A stretch of DNA of 64,000 bases. It comes from Eledone cirrhosa. Taxonomy: Eukaryota. Location of the stretch: NCBI GenBank assembly GCA_964016885.1, contig OZ024753.1:3224001-3288000 (forward strand), read 5' to 3'. Position numbers and translations under genes: made by a program. The notes beneath the pieces are model-generated. The model was not told the DNA's origin, did no database searches, and saw only the letters and a program-made list of their open reading frames with translations. This document shows positions 29,638-42,310 of this stretch, piece by piece (within the stretch, counting starts at the first letter, position 1; each line of letters begins with the position of its first letter).

Positions 29638-29849
29638 CCCTTTTAGCACTTTCACATTACTCTATATTTACTATTATATTTTCATGATAAAAGCTTTATC
29701 TTGCATAATATCGAATCTATGAGATTTTGATATTATTTATATTGAGAACATTAACTTAACATCAGTATGAGCGGCTAGTTCTAAACAGTTTAAAAAAGAA
29801 AGAGGTGAGAGAATTCTGGCCGGATACGAATGGCTTTAATGCTAAAGGG
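29638..29849. mobile_element. piggyBac-type MITE
   Basis: TTAA|cccttttagca ... tgctaaaggg|TTAA; related ends at 28985-29070 and 3436. Confidence 0.7.
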
Positions 29850-30585
29850 TTAAGGCCATTTTCTTTTCCCTGCTAAAGCAGAGGTTAGTTTCGGGGCACA
29901 CATGACAGGGTTCTTCATTTTGCTGTACCATTTATACCCTTATCACTAACCCCCTTTGGTCTCATTTCCTCCTCTATAAGATTTAGCCATATTTTTATTG
30001 TGGTTTCCAATCCACTATCTCATTTACATTTGTTTCCCCTCACCTCTGTTATTTAGTCATATACAGTTTACAATAGGTATTCCATATCTCTGCATGTCAG
30101 AGTAGGTGCCTAAAAGAGGGAGAGCATCTAGCCATAAAATAGTGCCTCAAAAGACAGCCATCAATGATTAATACCAGGCAAACAATTCCAAAGTAAATTT
30201 CATCTTGCTTTTATAATAGGATAATTCATTTACTCTACTGTTAGATGAATCGATTTCTAAAGCAATTAAGAACTCCTTTGTATTAGTAACAAACAATTCC
30301 CTGTGTGGATTTATATCATTTGTTAGAAATGATTCGAACAATTTCTTCTATATTTTCTTGAGATGAGTCTTGTAGTGCTCTCTTTTATTTTTTAGTATTT
30401 CCTCATCTTGGATATGTTATTGAGACACAACATTTCCATCTGAACATCACTCATTTGATAAATCAAATGTTGCTGGTTCAATCCATGGCTTAGTTCAAGT
30501 ATAACATTGGTAAGAATACTGATCAAAATACTGCGTTAAAAGCACATCTAAATTGAGGAAACAACAAATAAAACTGACATCTGGG

Positions 30586-30622
<37 letters not shown>

Positions 30623-33600
30623 TGTTGTATAATCTGTCTTGCATATGTATGAACTTCATACTATGTTTCTCTCAACAGATAAATGTTACATCAAATTGAG
30701 CTAAAAACTGCCATCTACGAACATCCAAGAATTGTGAAAAAATTAGTTTTAGACTTATAATTGTTTTCCCAATATTTCCTGTCAATTGTATTAATATACA
30801 AGTTCATAATTTCGACTAAATTTTCATATTAGAGAAATATCAATAAGCCTCCAACTCTGATAAGATACTGAATAAATGGATGGCCTTTATTAATATCTGA
30901 ACACTAAGAAATGATTAAATATAGAACTTGAAAAGAAATCAATGTTTAGTAATTAATATTTGTCAAAATAATGTAAAGTAAATTCATATTGACTGAAACT
31001 TGAATTGCAGTCAATTTATAACTTACCACACTAAGTAAAATTAGACATTCCTTCCCTTTACTTTTGCCATCATACAGATTTTCTAAGACTAGTCACATTT
31101 ATTTCCACATAGCAAAATCTAAATAATTTAACTATAACATTAATATAAACTGAAATTAGTATATATTTCCTAAAGTATTATACAGTAAATATTGCAACGA
31201 AACTGACAAAGAAAAGTATGGAAGAGGAAATATATTGAAGATACTTCAGAACAAGATAAATACAAAAAAGGAAAAACTCAAAACAAGTTAATTTTATATA
31301 AAAATGTAAAAACCTCAACTTAAGAATACAATACATATTATGTATTTTAGCCTGAATTGGATGCAACAATTGAAGATACTTGGCTATGAAAAGTAGTGGT
31401 GAACTGGGCTTTCAGTTGGTGGCAGACATATTTCGTTTTTGCTTGATGAAATCTTAATATGATAAAAGTCCTTGTCAAGAAAGAACAAATGCAATTTTTC
31501 AACTAAGAATTCTATGTGAATAACATGATGAAAATAAAATAAACCAATGTGAAGAAATAGCTGAAGAGAAATAGAATATAATAAAGATATAAATTATGAA
31601 AGGAAGGAACTGTATTTGTAAAGTTATTGAAAGACTGCTTCTACTAGAAGAAATAACAACAAATGTAAAGAATAAAAATAGCAACAGAAAAATAAAACAG
31701 TAAAAGTATAAATAGGAATATATTTTGACAAATGAAATAAATTAGTAAAGGAGAGTTTGTAGAACAAATTTCATAAAGTGAAATACAGAAATAGAGATAA
31801 GAAGTGTAAAATAGAATTAACCCTTTATGTTCCAACTACATAAATGAGCATATGGTTATGTTCTTAGGCAGAATGAGAGTGTTTTGGGATATATTTCCAA
31901 AATGCCAGAGCTACTTGTGTGCTTGTCAAATGTATTTAACCTGTCGAAGACTATCCTTCATGATATGTGAACAGAATTTCTAGTATTCTCCAACAACACA
32001 TAATACCAACATACCTGAGACTACATTATAGCTGTAAAGGGGTAAACATTTCTTTAGCAAATTTCTAATAAAAGAGACTGCCTATGATTTTCAAATCATT
32101 CTGGAGATATTGAGTAATATAACTAACTTTCTCCTTATCAACCTGGTGTTTGGAATATAACAAAACAACTCTTCTAGCATAAAAATTATTATGAATGTTT
32201 TTATATAAATATATGCACTTTGGAATAAATAGTTTTGTGTCATATGATCAGGGGTATTTTCAGGTGGTTTGGCATCAAAAGGGTTAAACATTGACATAGA
32301 TAATGACTATGTAGTGAATCAAACCATCCCCATCTTGTTACTATATGGTGAAACAGTTTGGTACTAAAAGTACTTGCAATTCGATGAACTTCTTGTATAA
32401 AAGACAAGGCAACCATCTTATTTCCTCTCTCTCAGTAACAACCTTCATTCACTACAAGACATAAACAGCAACAGCTTTCTCTGGTCACATTGGCAACTTT
32501 CAATCTCTTTATCTCTCATTTTCTATAAGTCATCTTTCACATCTTTAGACAATCATTAAGGACATAAATATACACTCACTCACACTTTCTCCAAGATATA
32601 CAATCAATCAACAACATAGCACTATACTTTTGTAATCCACCAACCAGAAATGTTGTTAATGTTAATCTAATACCTTTATATATTCCACATTCAGTTACTT
32701 TTTCATTTTACTTGCTTGACTCTTCAGTGTTTTCTTTATAAGTTGTACCCACTTTAACCAGATATTTACTCTAGCAGAAATAAATACTCTATACAACAAC
32801 TTTCACCTTTAGTTGATTTTAGTTTTCATCTTCCAAACTCTCACAAGTCTCAACATTTCTCCAAACTAACAAACATTTCCTAAATTGTATCTTGAGCTAG
32901 AATTGACAATTTTGTATCTGAAATCTTGTATGACCCCAACATTTCTACTAAAATTATATCATTATCACTCGCTTGTTTGCTCTGATTGATCAACAAGATC
33001 ACAGACCTCATTCGCTCAAACCACATTAAATCAAACCAAGGAAACAATGTTTCCATTCGTCTTTCTATTGCTGATACTATCTACTGGTTACAACTCTTGG
33101 CAGAAGCAGCAACATAAAATAAAGTGTCTTGCTCAAGGAGACAATGCATCACCCAGTCCAAGAATTGAACTCACAACTTCACAATTGCAAATCAATTCTC
33201 TAGCCACTAAGCCATGTTATTATATTATTGCAACTTTTATATTGTTATTGTTGGTTAGTTCCCCCCACCACAAGACAAATTCAATATGTTTGTAACAGAG
33301 ATAATTTATTTACTGTTTAGTTGCTTTTCAGAAATATAGTATTAAATATCTGAGAATTTAGTCTTAGTTAAAGCTCTCTAATTTTGTAGGAAATGACAGC
33401 ATTCAACGTGTTACTATTTTCAAATTATACTTAGCGCATAAGAGATTTAGCTATTGTATTGTGCCATACAAGTGACGAAGAACAATACTCTTCGTAGTTT
33501 CCATTGTTGATGAATGATGACATTAAAAATGACAATGATTTTAATGATTCGAAAATATAATTAAAGAAAATATGAAAACAAAGAACAAAAACCAATAAAA

Positions 33601-34069
33601 AAAATATCAAAAAGCAAAAATGGCATCACATTGTTTTATCAGTAGAGCAATCAACAATTCTGTTTTATTTATCAAGAGGTAACCTTTGGAAAGATTGAAT
33701 CTAGAAGGAAGATAATTATTTTTATTATAATATCTGAATCTCATACGACATATATTTCATCCAGATGAAAGACAATCATTAAAACTAAGAGATTTATTAG
33801 TATGATGGATGGGTGAGAGATATATAGGTATAATAACACCTAATTCACTAACAGAAATAATAAACATGATACTGAAATATTTCAGAAAGTATTTATTTTC
33901 TGAGACATTGGGTGTCAGTGGGGTAGGAGACCTAGTACAGCTGGATAAATAATCTGAAAAGAGAATATATTTTCATATTTATTAGATAACAAAATGTACA
34001 CCTTTGTCAAAGAATTTATCGAAATGATAATGCCTATACAAATATCACGGGCATAACATTATTCGATAA

Positions 34070-34315
34070 CGTGCATAACTCAGAGAGTCACATCAATTAG
34101 AGCTGCTACTTCTCTAAATTGGGCATGTGGTTAGAATATTTCAGGAAAGAATCTCTGGACAGATTTTACAGGCAAAATCAACCGGCAAGAGACCCAGAGG
34201 TAGACCCCAAGGTATACCCCTGAGAAAAATGGTTATATAATATCCATGAGCTTGCTGGTCACACTTGGGGATCCAGCTGGATCAGTGTGAGATGGTTGCT
34301 TCTGACGGGAGCTGC
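34070..34315 (+). mobile_element. decayed RTE ORF C-terminal remnant
   Basis: gggcatgtggttagaat, gattttacaggcaaaatcaac, cacttggggatccagctggatcag shared with the reverse complement of 58860-59140. Confidence 0.65.
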
Positions 34316-34653
34316 TATGCAAAGTCAATATATTTCCAAGAGTTAACACCACTGTAGCCAATCTAGCAGATAGGCTAACTGAAATGGGAGGAACTTATCT
34401 GCTGCTAGTATTGTTATATCTTAACATATCAATTTATTTCATTTGTAGCCATTTTAATATCAAGTAAAAGGAAATAAAGGTCTATGTTTCCTTATTTTTT
34501 TTACCGTGCTATCTTAAGACTCTCACACACAAATATATATATATATATATATATAAAAATTTACATATATATATACATATATATACATATACGTGTTTTG
34601 CAACGGGTCACTTTGTGGCTCAATGAAAAATTAATAAATTAAATAATCAGAGC

Positions 34654-34867
34654 TATATATCATAAAACATGTCTATAGAATCACAAGATAAAATATATAC
34701 CATTTCCTCTCCCAATTAGCATAATTAACTATATAAAAAAATCGAATAGACCAGGCTATAAGAATGAGGCTTCTATGAAGAAATCTCCAACAAATAACCA
34801 AAACTAGCCCTTCGGTAATAGTATATATTTTATCTTGTGATTCTATAGACATGTTTTATGATATATA
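34654..34867. mobile_element. fold-back/MITE with perfect 47-bp terminal inverted repeats
   Basis: 34654-34700 tatatatcataaaacatgtctatagaatcacaagataaaatatatac is the exact reverse complement of 34821-34867. Confidence 0.85.
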
Positions 34868-34883
34868 TATATATATATATATA

Positions 34884-35053
34884 TCATCATCATCGTTTAA
34901 CGTTCATCTTCCACGCTAGCATGGGTTAGATGGTTTTGTTCCATTTGATGCACTGAATGGTCGGCGGACTGTGTCTCACTCGTACGGAAGTGTCTCTGGC
35001 AGGTTGTTTTACAGCTGGATGCCCTTCCTAACACCAACCACATTTACAGTGTG

Positions 35054-35058
<5 letters not shown>
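34884..35058 (-). mobile_element. RTE-type 3' tail fragment between (TA)n runs
   Basis: tcatcatcatcgtttaacg...gctggatgcccttcctaacaccaaccacatttacagtgtgg matches 37840-38000. Confidence 0.8.
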
Positions 35059-35108
<50 letters not shown>

Positions 35109-35173
35109 AGTGCATTAAGATAGAAACCAGGTAAAAAAAAAGAAAACAGCTTTTAAGAGCTTATATATATATA

Positions 35174-35361
35174 TAATAATAATAATTGTTTCTACTTTAG
35201 GCACAAGGCCAGCAATTATCCAGTGCATTACTGGTACTTTATTTTATCGACCCCGTAAGGATGAAAGGCAAAGTCAACCTCGGCGGGATTTGAACTCAGA
35301 TCGTAAAGGGACGTAACTATGCTGGAAAGCATGGCGTCCGACCCTCTACCGATACTGCCAA
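35174..35361 (-). mobile_element. tRNA-derived SINE, near full length
   Basis: Near-identical reverse complement of 21523-21700. Confidence 0.88.
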
Positions 35362-35388
35362 GATATTATTTATAGTTATGTATATACT

Positions 35389-35483
35389 TGTTTCGACTTT
35401 AGGCACAAGGCCAGCAATTACCCAGTGCATTACTGGTACTTTATTTTATCGACCCCGTAAGGATGAAAGGCAAAGTCAACCTC
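35389..35483 (-). mobile_element. 5'-truncated SINE with 18-bp TSD
   Basis: Flanked by tatagttatgtatatact at 35371-35388 and 35484-35501. Confidence 0.88.
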
Positions 35484-35593
35484 TATAGTTATGTATATAC
35501 TATAAACAGGAAAGGTCAGTAATTTATTACTACCTTATCACCAGTAAGGGAAATAGCTAAATGTAAGAACATCAGGTGTTTTACAGAGCAGGA

Positions 35594-35905
35594 ATATAAA
35601 TTACACAAATATCAAAGTTATGTTCAAATCATTTAATTGCTGACAATTGTTTCTCCCAAACTTTCGTTTGGAGCCATCGGAGCATTATTAATATTTGTAC
35701 ATATAATTAACCTCCTATTACACCCAGTAAATACTAAACTGTTGTTCACAACATCAATATATATGTATCTATATGATTGTTCAGTTGAATAGGAGGTTAA
35801 TTATATGTACAAACATTGATAATGCTCCGATTACTCCAAACGAAAGTTTGGAAGAAACAATTGTCAGCAATTAAATGATTTGAACATAACCTTGATATTT
35901 GTGTA

Positions 35906-35913
<8 letters not shown>
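35594..35913. mobile_element. fold-back element, ~126-bp inverted arms
   Basis: 35594-35719 is the reverse complement of 35788-35913 with a few substitutions; ~68-bp spacer. Confidence 0.85.
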
Positions 35914-35945
<32 letters not shown>

Positions 35946-35946
35946 A

Positions 35947-36054
35947 AGAAATGGCTTTTACAGGACTAGAACTGTTTCATTCGTATGAAATCATCAGACA
36001 TTCCTGATGATTTCATATGAATTAAACATTTCTAGTCCTGCAGAAGCCATTTCT
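35947..36054. repeat. palindrome, 51-bp arms and 6-nt loop
   Basis: agaaatggc...aatcatcag acattc ctgatgatt...gccatttct; 5 mismatches. Confidence 0.9.
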
Positions 36055-36342
36055 ATATTAAATTACATATATATATATATATATATATAAGAAAACAATA
36101 CACAATACTTTTGAACCACAATACTATCTAATATAGCAATGGGTTCTTATATATAAAAGAAAAAAAGAAATATTGTTTTTTTAGAAGAAAACATCTCTAA
36201 CGCTTCTAGACAACACTTAGATGGGAAGACACTGTTATACAACTAAACAATAACACCTATACTAAACAGTAACAACGCTAATCACTAACAAAACAATACA
36301 CACCCTCACACACTGACTAACTTACACACACTATCTCTCTCC

Positions 36343-36374
<32 letters not shown>

Positions 36375-37832
36375 CAAACATACATATATGTTGCCATGTT
36401 ATACTGATAATTTAATCAGAAAACTATTTAATTTAAAGAAAGTTGTACGACACATTAGTGTTAAATAATTACACACCTAATGAAATTTGCCAATCAAACT
36501 AAAAATCTAATTTACCATGTAAATACTGTAGCAAGACTATTATAAACATACTGTTAGCTAACTGAGTTTGGTGGAATGATAACCATTTTCAGATCAACAC
36601 AGCTAAAGTAGGGTAACTAATGAAATAAATTATAGTTTGTTTTATATTCACACTATTTCAAACTCTGTATCTTCGTGCACTCAAAATATAAAACGTTTTC
36701 AAATCAATGGAGATAACAAAAGAGATACATCAAAACAAAGGTGCAAATTTGGAATTTTAAAAGTTTGTTAGCTTAACATAAGCTACTTTAATGTAGGACA
36801 ATCTAGACAAAGTCACCTTCGATTCCCATAGGTGATACTCTCCATTTCCCCCATTTCTAGAGGCTTATATGCCCAACTTGTTTAACTGTTTTCATAGTAA
36901 ATAGTCATCCTATATTGAAGCAGCTTACATAATTCAAAATTTTCTCAATGCTTTTCAAATAAAATTGATTCCTTGTTCAATTCCACAAAGGTTTCAAAGC
37001 CTAGAGGACATCACAATCTTCTCACTCCATGGTACTAAGTATGTCTTTAATCTGGGATGTAGCCTGCAGTGATATTGACTCTAACACCAACCTTGTGGCA
37101 CCAAGCCCAGGATTCTTTGCCAGGCTTCTTTGCTACGTGGGTCAACAATCACAATTTAGCAAAGATTTGGCTGCTCTCCAATAGGTTTCTTTTTTAAATG
37201 TTAGCAGTGGAAACATTCTGTGTCCTACAATCAACTTTCCAACTCAGTTTAAGCAGAGGCAGAGATAGTCGGATGTAGAAATGTGCCTTGTAAATGGAAA
37301 TGCTATTTCAGCATATCAACCTCACTTTTTTTCAGAGTAAAACATGCAAATTTGTCTACCAAGGCCACAAAGAAATGCCATAGCACACTATCATATAAAA
37401 TATTCATGTCTATTTGTTTGTAATATATGTCTTAATACTAGACATCCACAGATGATTTAGTACAATATATGTAAAAATAGGTCAGTTCATTCAAAAGATT
37501 ATAGTATAGTTACTTGTGGACAGACCATTGTGAAAATTTGCAGTAAACTGAAAACTTTAATATTTAATATGATGCTGTTATACTATTTATGTTGTGTTTT
37601 GTTTTTTCTCAAGATGATTTTGACAATGAGGTCTCATGCAGTACAGGACATTAAAGGATGAATATCTACTATATATCCAGATGTTTTTTCAAATAGCTGA
37701 AATGAGCATTGTCTCTTTCATTACATATCTCACATGCTAGTCTAGATATAGAGTAAGTTGTTTGACGTTTTGGTGATGAAAGGGAGCATGTTAATGGTGA
37801 TCAATTCTATAGCAGACAATTATATCAAACAG

Positions 37833-38450
37833 TCATCATCATCATCATCATCGTTTAACGTCCATATTCCACGCTCGCATGGGTTTGGACGGGAGTTTTC
37901 CCACTTGAGGCACGAGTGGTTGTCTTGCACGCATAGGACTGTCTGGCGAGTTTTCTATGGCTGGATGCCCTTCCTAACACCAACCACATTTACAGTGTGG
38001 GGCTGGGAGGTTTTTACCGTGTTGCCTACACGGCCACATTACAGCGTGGACTGTGTGTTTTTTTGTCGTGACACGTACACGACCTCGTTTGTTTCGGGCT
38101 GGATGTTGTGGTACCAACATAACTTTACATTGAAAGGGGGTGATGTGGATGGGGTGGGGGTAGTGGGACGGGGTGTATTTTGTTAGAGATGCCTACTGAC
38201 TGTAGTAGGTTTCACTTTGCACTTAGGTAAGGCGGGTCTTCTCTATTACTGTGTAGCGCTAAAGATCTCGGTCCAGTGACATTATCTTGGAGAGGTGTAA
38301 GTGTATGAGGTCGGTATTTATCAAGTCGTCCCAGGTTTTTCTGGGTCTGCCTACTCCGTGGCTACCGTCTATTTTTATTGGCCTGCACTTTTTTTATACA
38401 GCTGTCGTCTTTCATGCGCATCACGTGACCATACCAACGTAGTCTTCTCT
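37833..38450 (-). mobile_element. 5'-truncated RTE-clade LINE (ORF C-terminus, ~390-bp 3' UTR, (GAT)n tail)
   Basis: Minus strand reads ERRLRWYGHVMRMKDDSCIKKCRPIKIDGSHGVGRPRKTWDDLINTDL...; imperfect TSD caattatatc(t)aaa(a)cagt at 37817-37833 and 38456-38474. Confidence 0.88.
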
Positions 38451-38967
38451 CGAGTCAATTATATCTAAAACAGTAAACAACTAGGATTTTATTGACCTTG
38501 GACGGTTGAAAGGAAAATTCAATTCCTAAATGCGTTTTAACTCATACAAGTAGACACACACACACATATATGCATATATATGTGTGGGTGTATAAGTATG
38601 TGTATACAATTATAAATGCATTTATGTAATTACAAATAGCAAAGACAAAAATAGCTTACTACAATGGAGTCAAAAGAAACTGGGCATTCTTTAGCAGTTC
38701 CAATACAGCTGAGAAGCACCTAAAGAAATGACATTTTTGTAAGTTTCGGAAATTGATGTGATCTTCAATTAATTGCTGATTTAGGTAAAGTATTTCATGG
38801 CCAGGAGCATGTAAACAATTTTTTCTCTAAAATCACTGACTGAATACATACGTGTGTTTCCTTAATATATCAAGCATTAAACTAATATATTCCTTCATTG
38901 TAATGAGTTGTTTTTTGCATTGTTATTTCTGTTTACATTTTGCATACATAATATTTCAGCCTCCTGT

Positions 38968-39011
<44 letters not shown>

Positions 39012-39160
39012 AAAAAGATGAAATCGAAAATGCAACTGGAGTCTTATTTTAAAAAAAAAATATATATTTATTTGGTTCCTTTACTGGTTTCGCAGTTCTT
39101 CTGCTTTTCAAAAGTAGAGTTGAGATGGAGGGTCTATGGTTTTTCTCACATGGTTTTTCT

Positions 39161-39164
<4 letters not shown>

Positions 39165-39230
<66 letters not shown>

Positions 39231-39232
39231 TG

Positions 39233-39270
<38 letters not shown>

Positions 39271-39320
39271 ATTATGTATATATATATATATATAATTATA
39301 TATATATATATATATATAAT

Positions 39321-39358
<38 letters not shown>

Positions 39359-39360
39359 TG
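39165..39360. repeat. (TA)n microsatellite with periodic ATTATG interruptions
   Basis: Direct reading. Confidence 0.95.
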
Positions 39361-39383
39361 TAATAAACAACACAATATCATTA

Positions 39384-39454
39384 TTCCATTACCCAAGGTT
39401 TCGCGAAGTTAGACGATTCTAACAGAAACGTCTGATATCACTCATCAGATAGAA
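39384..39454 (-). ncRNA. candidate type I hammerhead ribozyme
   Basis: Minus strand UUCUAU-CUGAUGA-GUGA...AGACG..UUCU guu AGAA..CGUCU...UCGC-GAAA-CC uug GG-UA/AUGGAA: complete canonical core, all three stems can pair, GUA cleavage triplet. Confidence 0.75.
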
Positions 39455-39497
39455 ATCTTTTTTCTTTCCTTTACTTTTTCCATGGAAATACTTAACA

Positions 39498-39993
39498 TAT
39501 ATCTATCTATCTAGGGCGGGTAAAATTACCGAGATCCATGGACAAGTTCTCTCCAGCGGTCTCTGTCCCTCATTATCGCTGCCATGTCCTGCGTCTCCAA
39601 CAGACCAGTGTCTGTCCTTAGGGCATCAACATATGTTAACCTTGGTCTTCCTCTTCTAGTGTGTCCGTGTAGGGGCTCCCACAGGAGCACTGAGTGCAAT
39701 GTCAAATCTGGATGTCGGTGAGCATGTCCAGCTAACCTCAGTCTCCTCTGTGTCACTTTTGAGCTGACTTTTGGGATGCTCCCATACAGCTCTGAGTTTT
39801 TCATCCTCAGTGTATACTGATTAATGTTCAGAGCCATCCTCAGCATTCTCGTGTAGCACCCATCCACCATCTGAGTGAGTTTCTTGGTCAGTGTCCAAGT
39901 CTCAGACCCATACAGCAGCACAGACTCCACTACAGCAATGAAGAGGCGGATTTTCAGGTCTCTACGAAGATCCGACTTCCACACCGATTCACA
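39498..39993 (-). mobile_element. 5'-truncated RTE-clade LINE, uninterrupted ORF C-terminus, (TAGA)n tail
   Basis: ESVWKSDLRRDLKIRLFIAVVESVLLYGSETWTLTK...RRLRLAGH...RRGRPRLTY...DRDRW: hallmark RTE post-RT motifs; stop at 39526, very short UTR then tagatagataga. The ORF N-terminus (39994-40080) is flanking DNA. Confidence 0.92.
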
Positions 39994-41686
39994 GTTTATA
40001 TACATATATACACACAAAGAATATTTAGAATTTGACAAAAATTCACAAACAGTCGGTTCTATTTTCAAGGTATTTACCATTTTATATGCAATTCTACCTA
40101 GCTTTGTAGAATATTCTGGATACTCAGCAAAAGGGAATCAGTAGTTCGAAATTTAACCTGAGATATGTAGATTCATATAGTATATATATGTGTGTGTGTG
40201 TGTGTATCATCATCATCATCATCATCTTCGTTTAACGTCCATTTTCCACGCTAGCTTGGGTTAGATGGGAGATGTGTATGTATATATATATATATATGTA
40301 TGTATGCATGTATGTATACATACATATAAGGTGAAAACAAATGAAGAAACAGAAAAAAATGTGTAGTGAAGGTATGATCAGAAATATGTCATACATTGCT
40401 AAAAGAAGTGACTTTAGTATGGATTTATTTCTAACGGAACAACAAACAGCTAAATTAAATAAAAATATAAAAGTACATTATTTGAATGTGTTGAAATCTT
40501 GATGGAACAAAAACAACAACAAAAATAACAAGATCATAAAATGTGATGTCTTTTTTTTTTCCTTGTGGCAATCAATAACTGGATACTAATCTATTGGCAG
40601 GAGATTGTGATGAAATGGAGTGGAGAAAATAACCTTTATTCTAATGGTTTTAGCATGTATCTATTGACTTAATATGTAGAGTGTAAATTGCAGCAATGTG
40701 TGTTTCTTCCTAGATATATATATGTGTGTGGGTCTATGTGGGATGTGTAGCTGTGTGCATACATATAGATGCTCTGATTTTGATTCAGAAAAACACATTT
40801 ATGTATAGCCAACTACTTTTGTACTAAGGAAATGTCTAACAATTTCTTTACATCAACCCACACTCTTTAAGCCTTACTGTCCCCAAACCCATTTAGAAAT
40901 CTGACATAAAATTTACATTTAGAAACTATGCGATTTGCTATACAAAACTTGCAAATTCACATACGTGTGTGGATGTGTGTGTTTGTTATATGTGCATGAC
41001 AATAAAGATATAGAGAAAGGGCGAATTAGTGGCAGGGGAACATGGGTTTGTGGATAGATAGTGCATGGAGAGGAGGGTTGGGGAGGCAAATAAATAACAG
41101 GTAACTTGTAGATTTGACTAAAACACTTAGCAAGAAAGAAACCTAAGTCATTTTCTCTGATAACTTCATTTTCCCAAGTGGGTCATGATTTAAAGACAAA
41201 AGAAATATTTCATGACTAAAAATCTACTTCTAGATCTAAAGAAAACAAGTGGTAACAAATAATACATACATATACAACACTTTAAGACAAAAAATGATAA
41301 GAGAGATAGAAAACAAACAAATGTCTAAGAAATATAAAATGAATGATCTAAAATAAAAAAAAAAATTACTGAAGAATAGAAAAAGAAAAAACAAATTACT
41401 GAAGAATGGAAAAAAAAAAATGAATGAAAAATAATAAATAGATAACTGCTTTCCAATATCCCAGCTGGGAAATCTCCAGCCCCTTTTCTCTAACCAATAC
41501 ATAGCAAGATGAGACAAATGACATTGTTGTAGTATAGAATTGCTGACTAAAGGGATTAATAGGCATTGTTCAATGTTGGAGAATTCATAGAAAATAAAAC
41601 AATATTATTGTTTTCCTTTCTTGTTAGTCTCCTATAAAAGATTTTGCAAGAACTCTCTTCCATACAAATTAAGGAGAATAGTTATA

Positions 41687-42235
41687 CAACACACCAACAT
41701 TTTGACGCACCAACACACCAACATTTTGACGCACCAACATTTTGACACACCAACATTTTGACACATCAACACACCAACACTTTGGCACACCAACAAACCA
41801 ACATTTTGACACACCAACATTTTAACACACCAACATTATAACACACCAACACTTTGACACACCAATATTATAACACCAACATTTTGACACACCGACATTA
41901 TAACACACTAACACTTTGGCATACCAACAAACCAATATACAAATACACCAACACTGAAACACACAAGCACAACTATGCATCAGTATACCAGCAGGCTAAC
42001 ACATCAGCAGACTGACACACTAACACATCATCAGACCGACACACTAACACATCAGCAGACTGACACACTAACACATCATCAGACCGACACACTAACACAT
42101 CAGCAGACCGACACACTAGCACATCAAGACAGAAACACAGTAGCGCACCAACACACTAACACAACACACTAAAACACTAACACATCAGCACACAAATGCG
42201 CTAATACAGCAGAATACAAACACACCAACACACTG
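41687..42235. repeat. degenerate 8/16-bp and 24-bp tandem repeats preceding the large array
   Basis: acaccaacattttgac units (41687-41940), then taacacatcagcagactgacacac x~5 (41997-42125). Confidence 0.85.
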
Positions 42236-42310
42236 ACAGACCAACACACCAGCAGACCAACACAACATCCTTTAAACACACCAGCAGAACAACACAACCT
42301 TCTGCAAACA

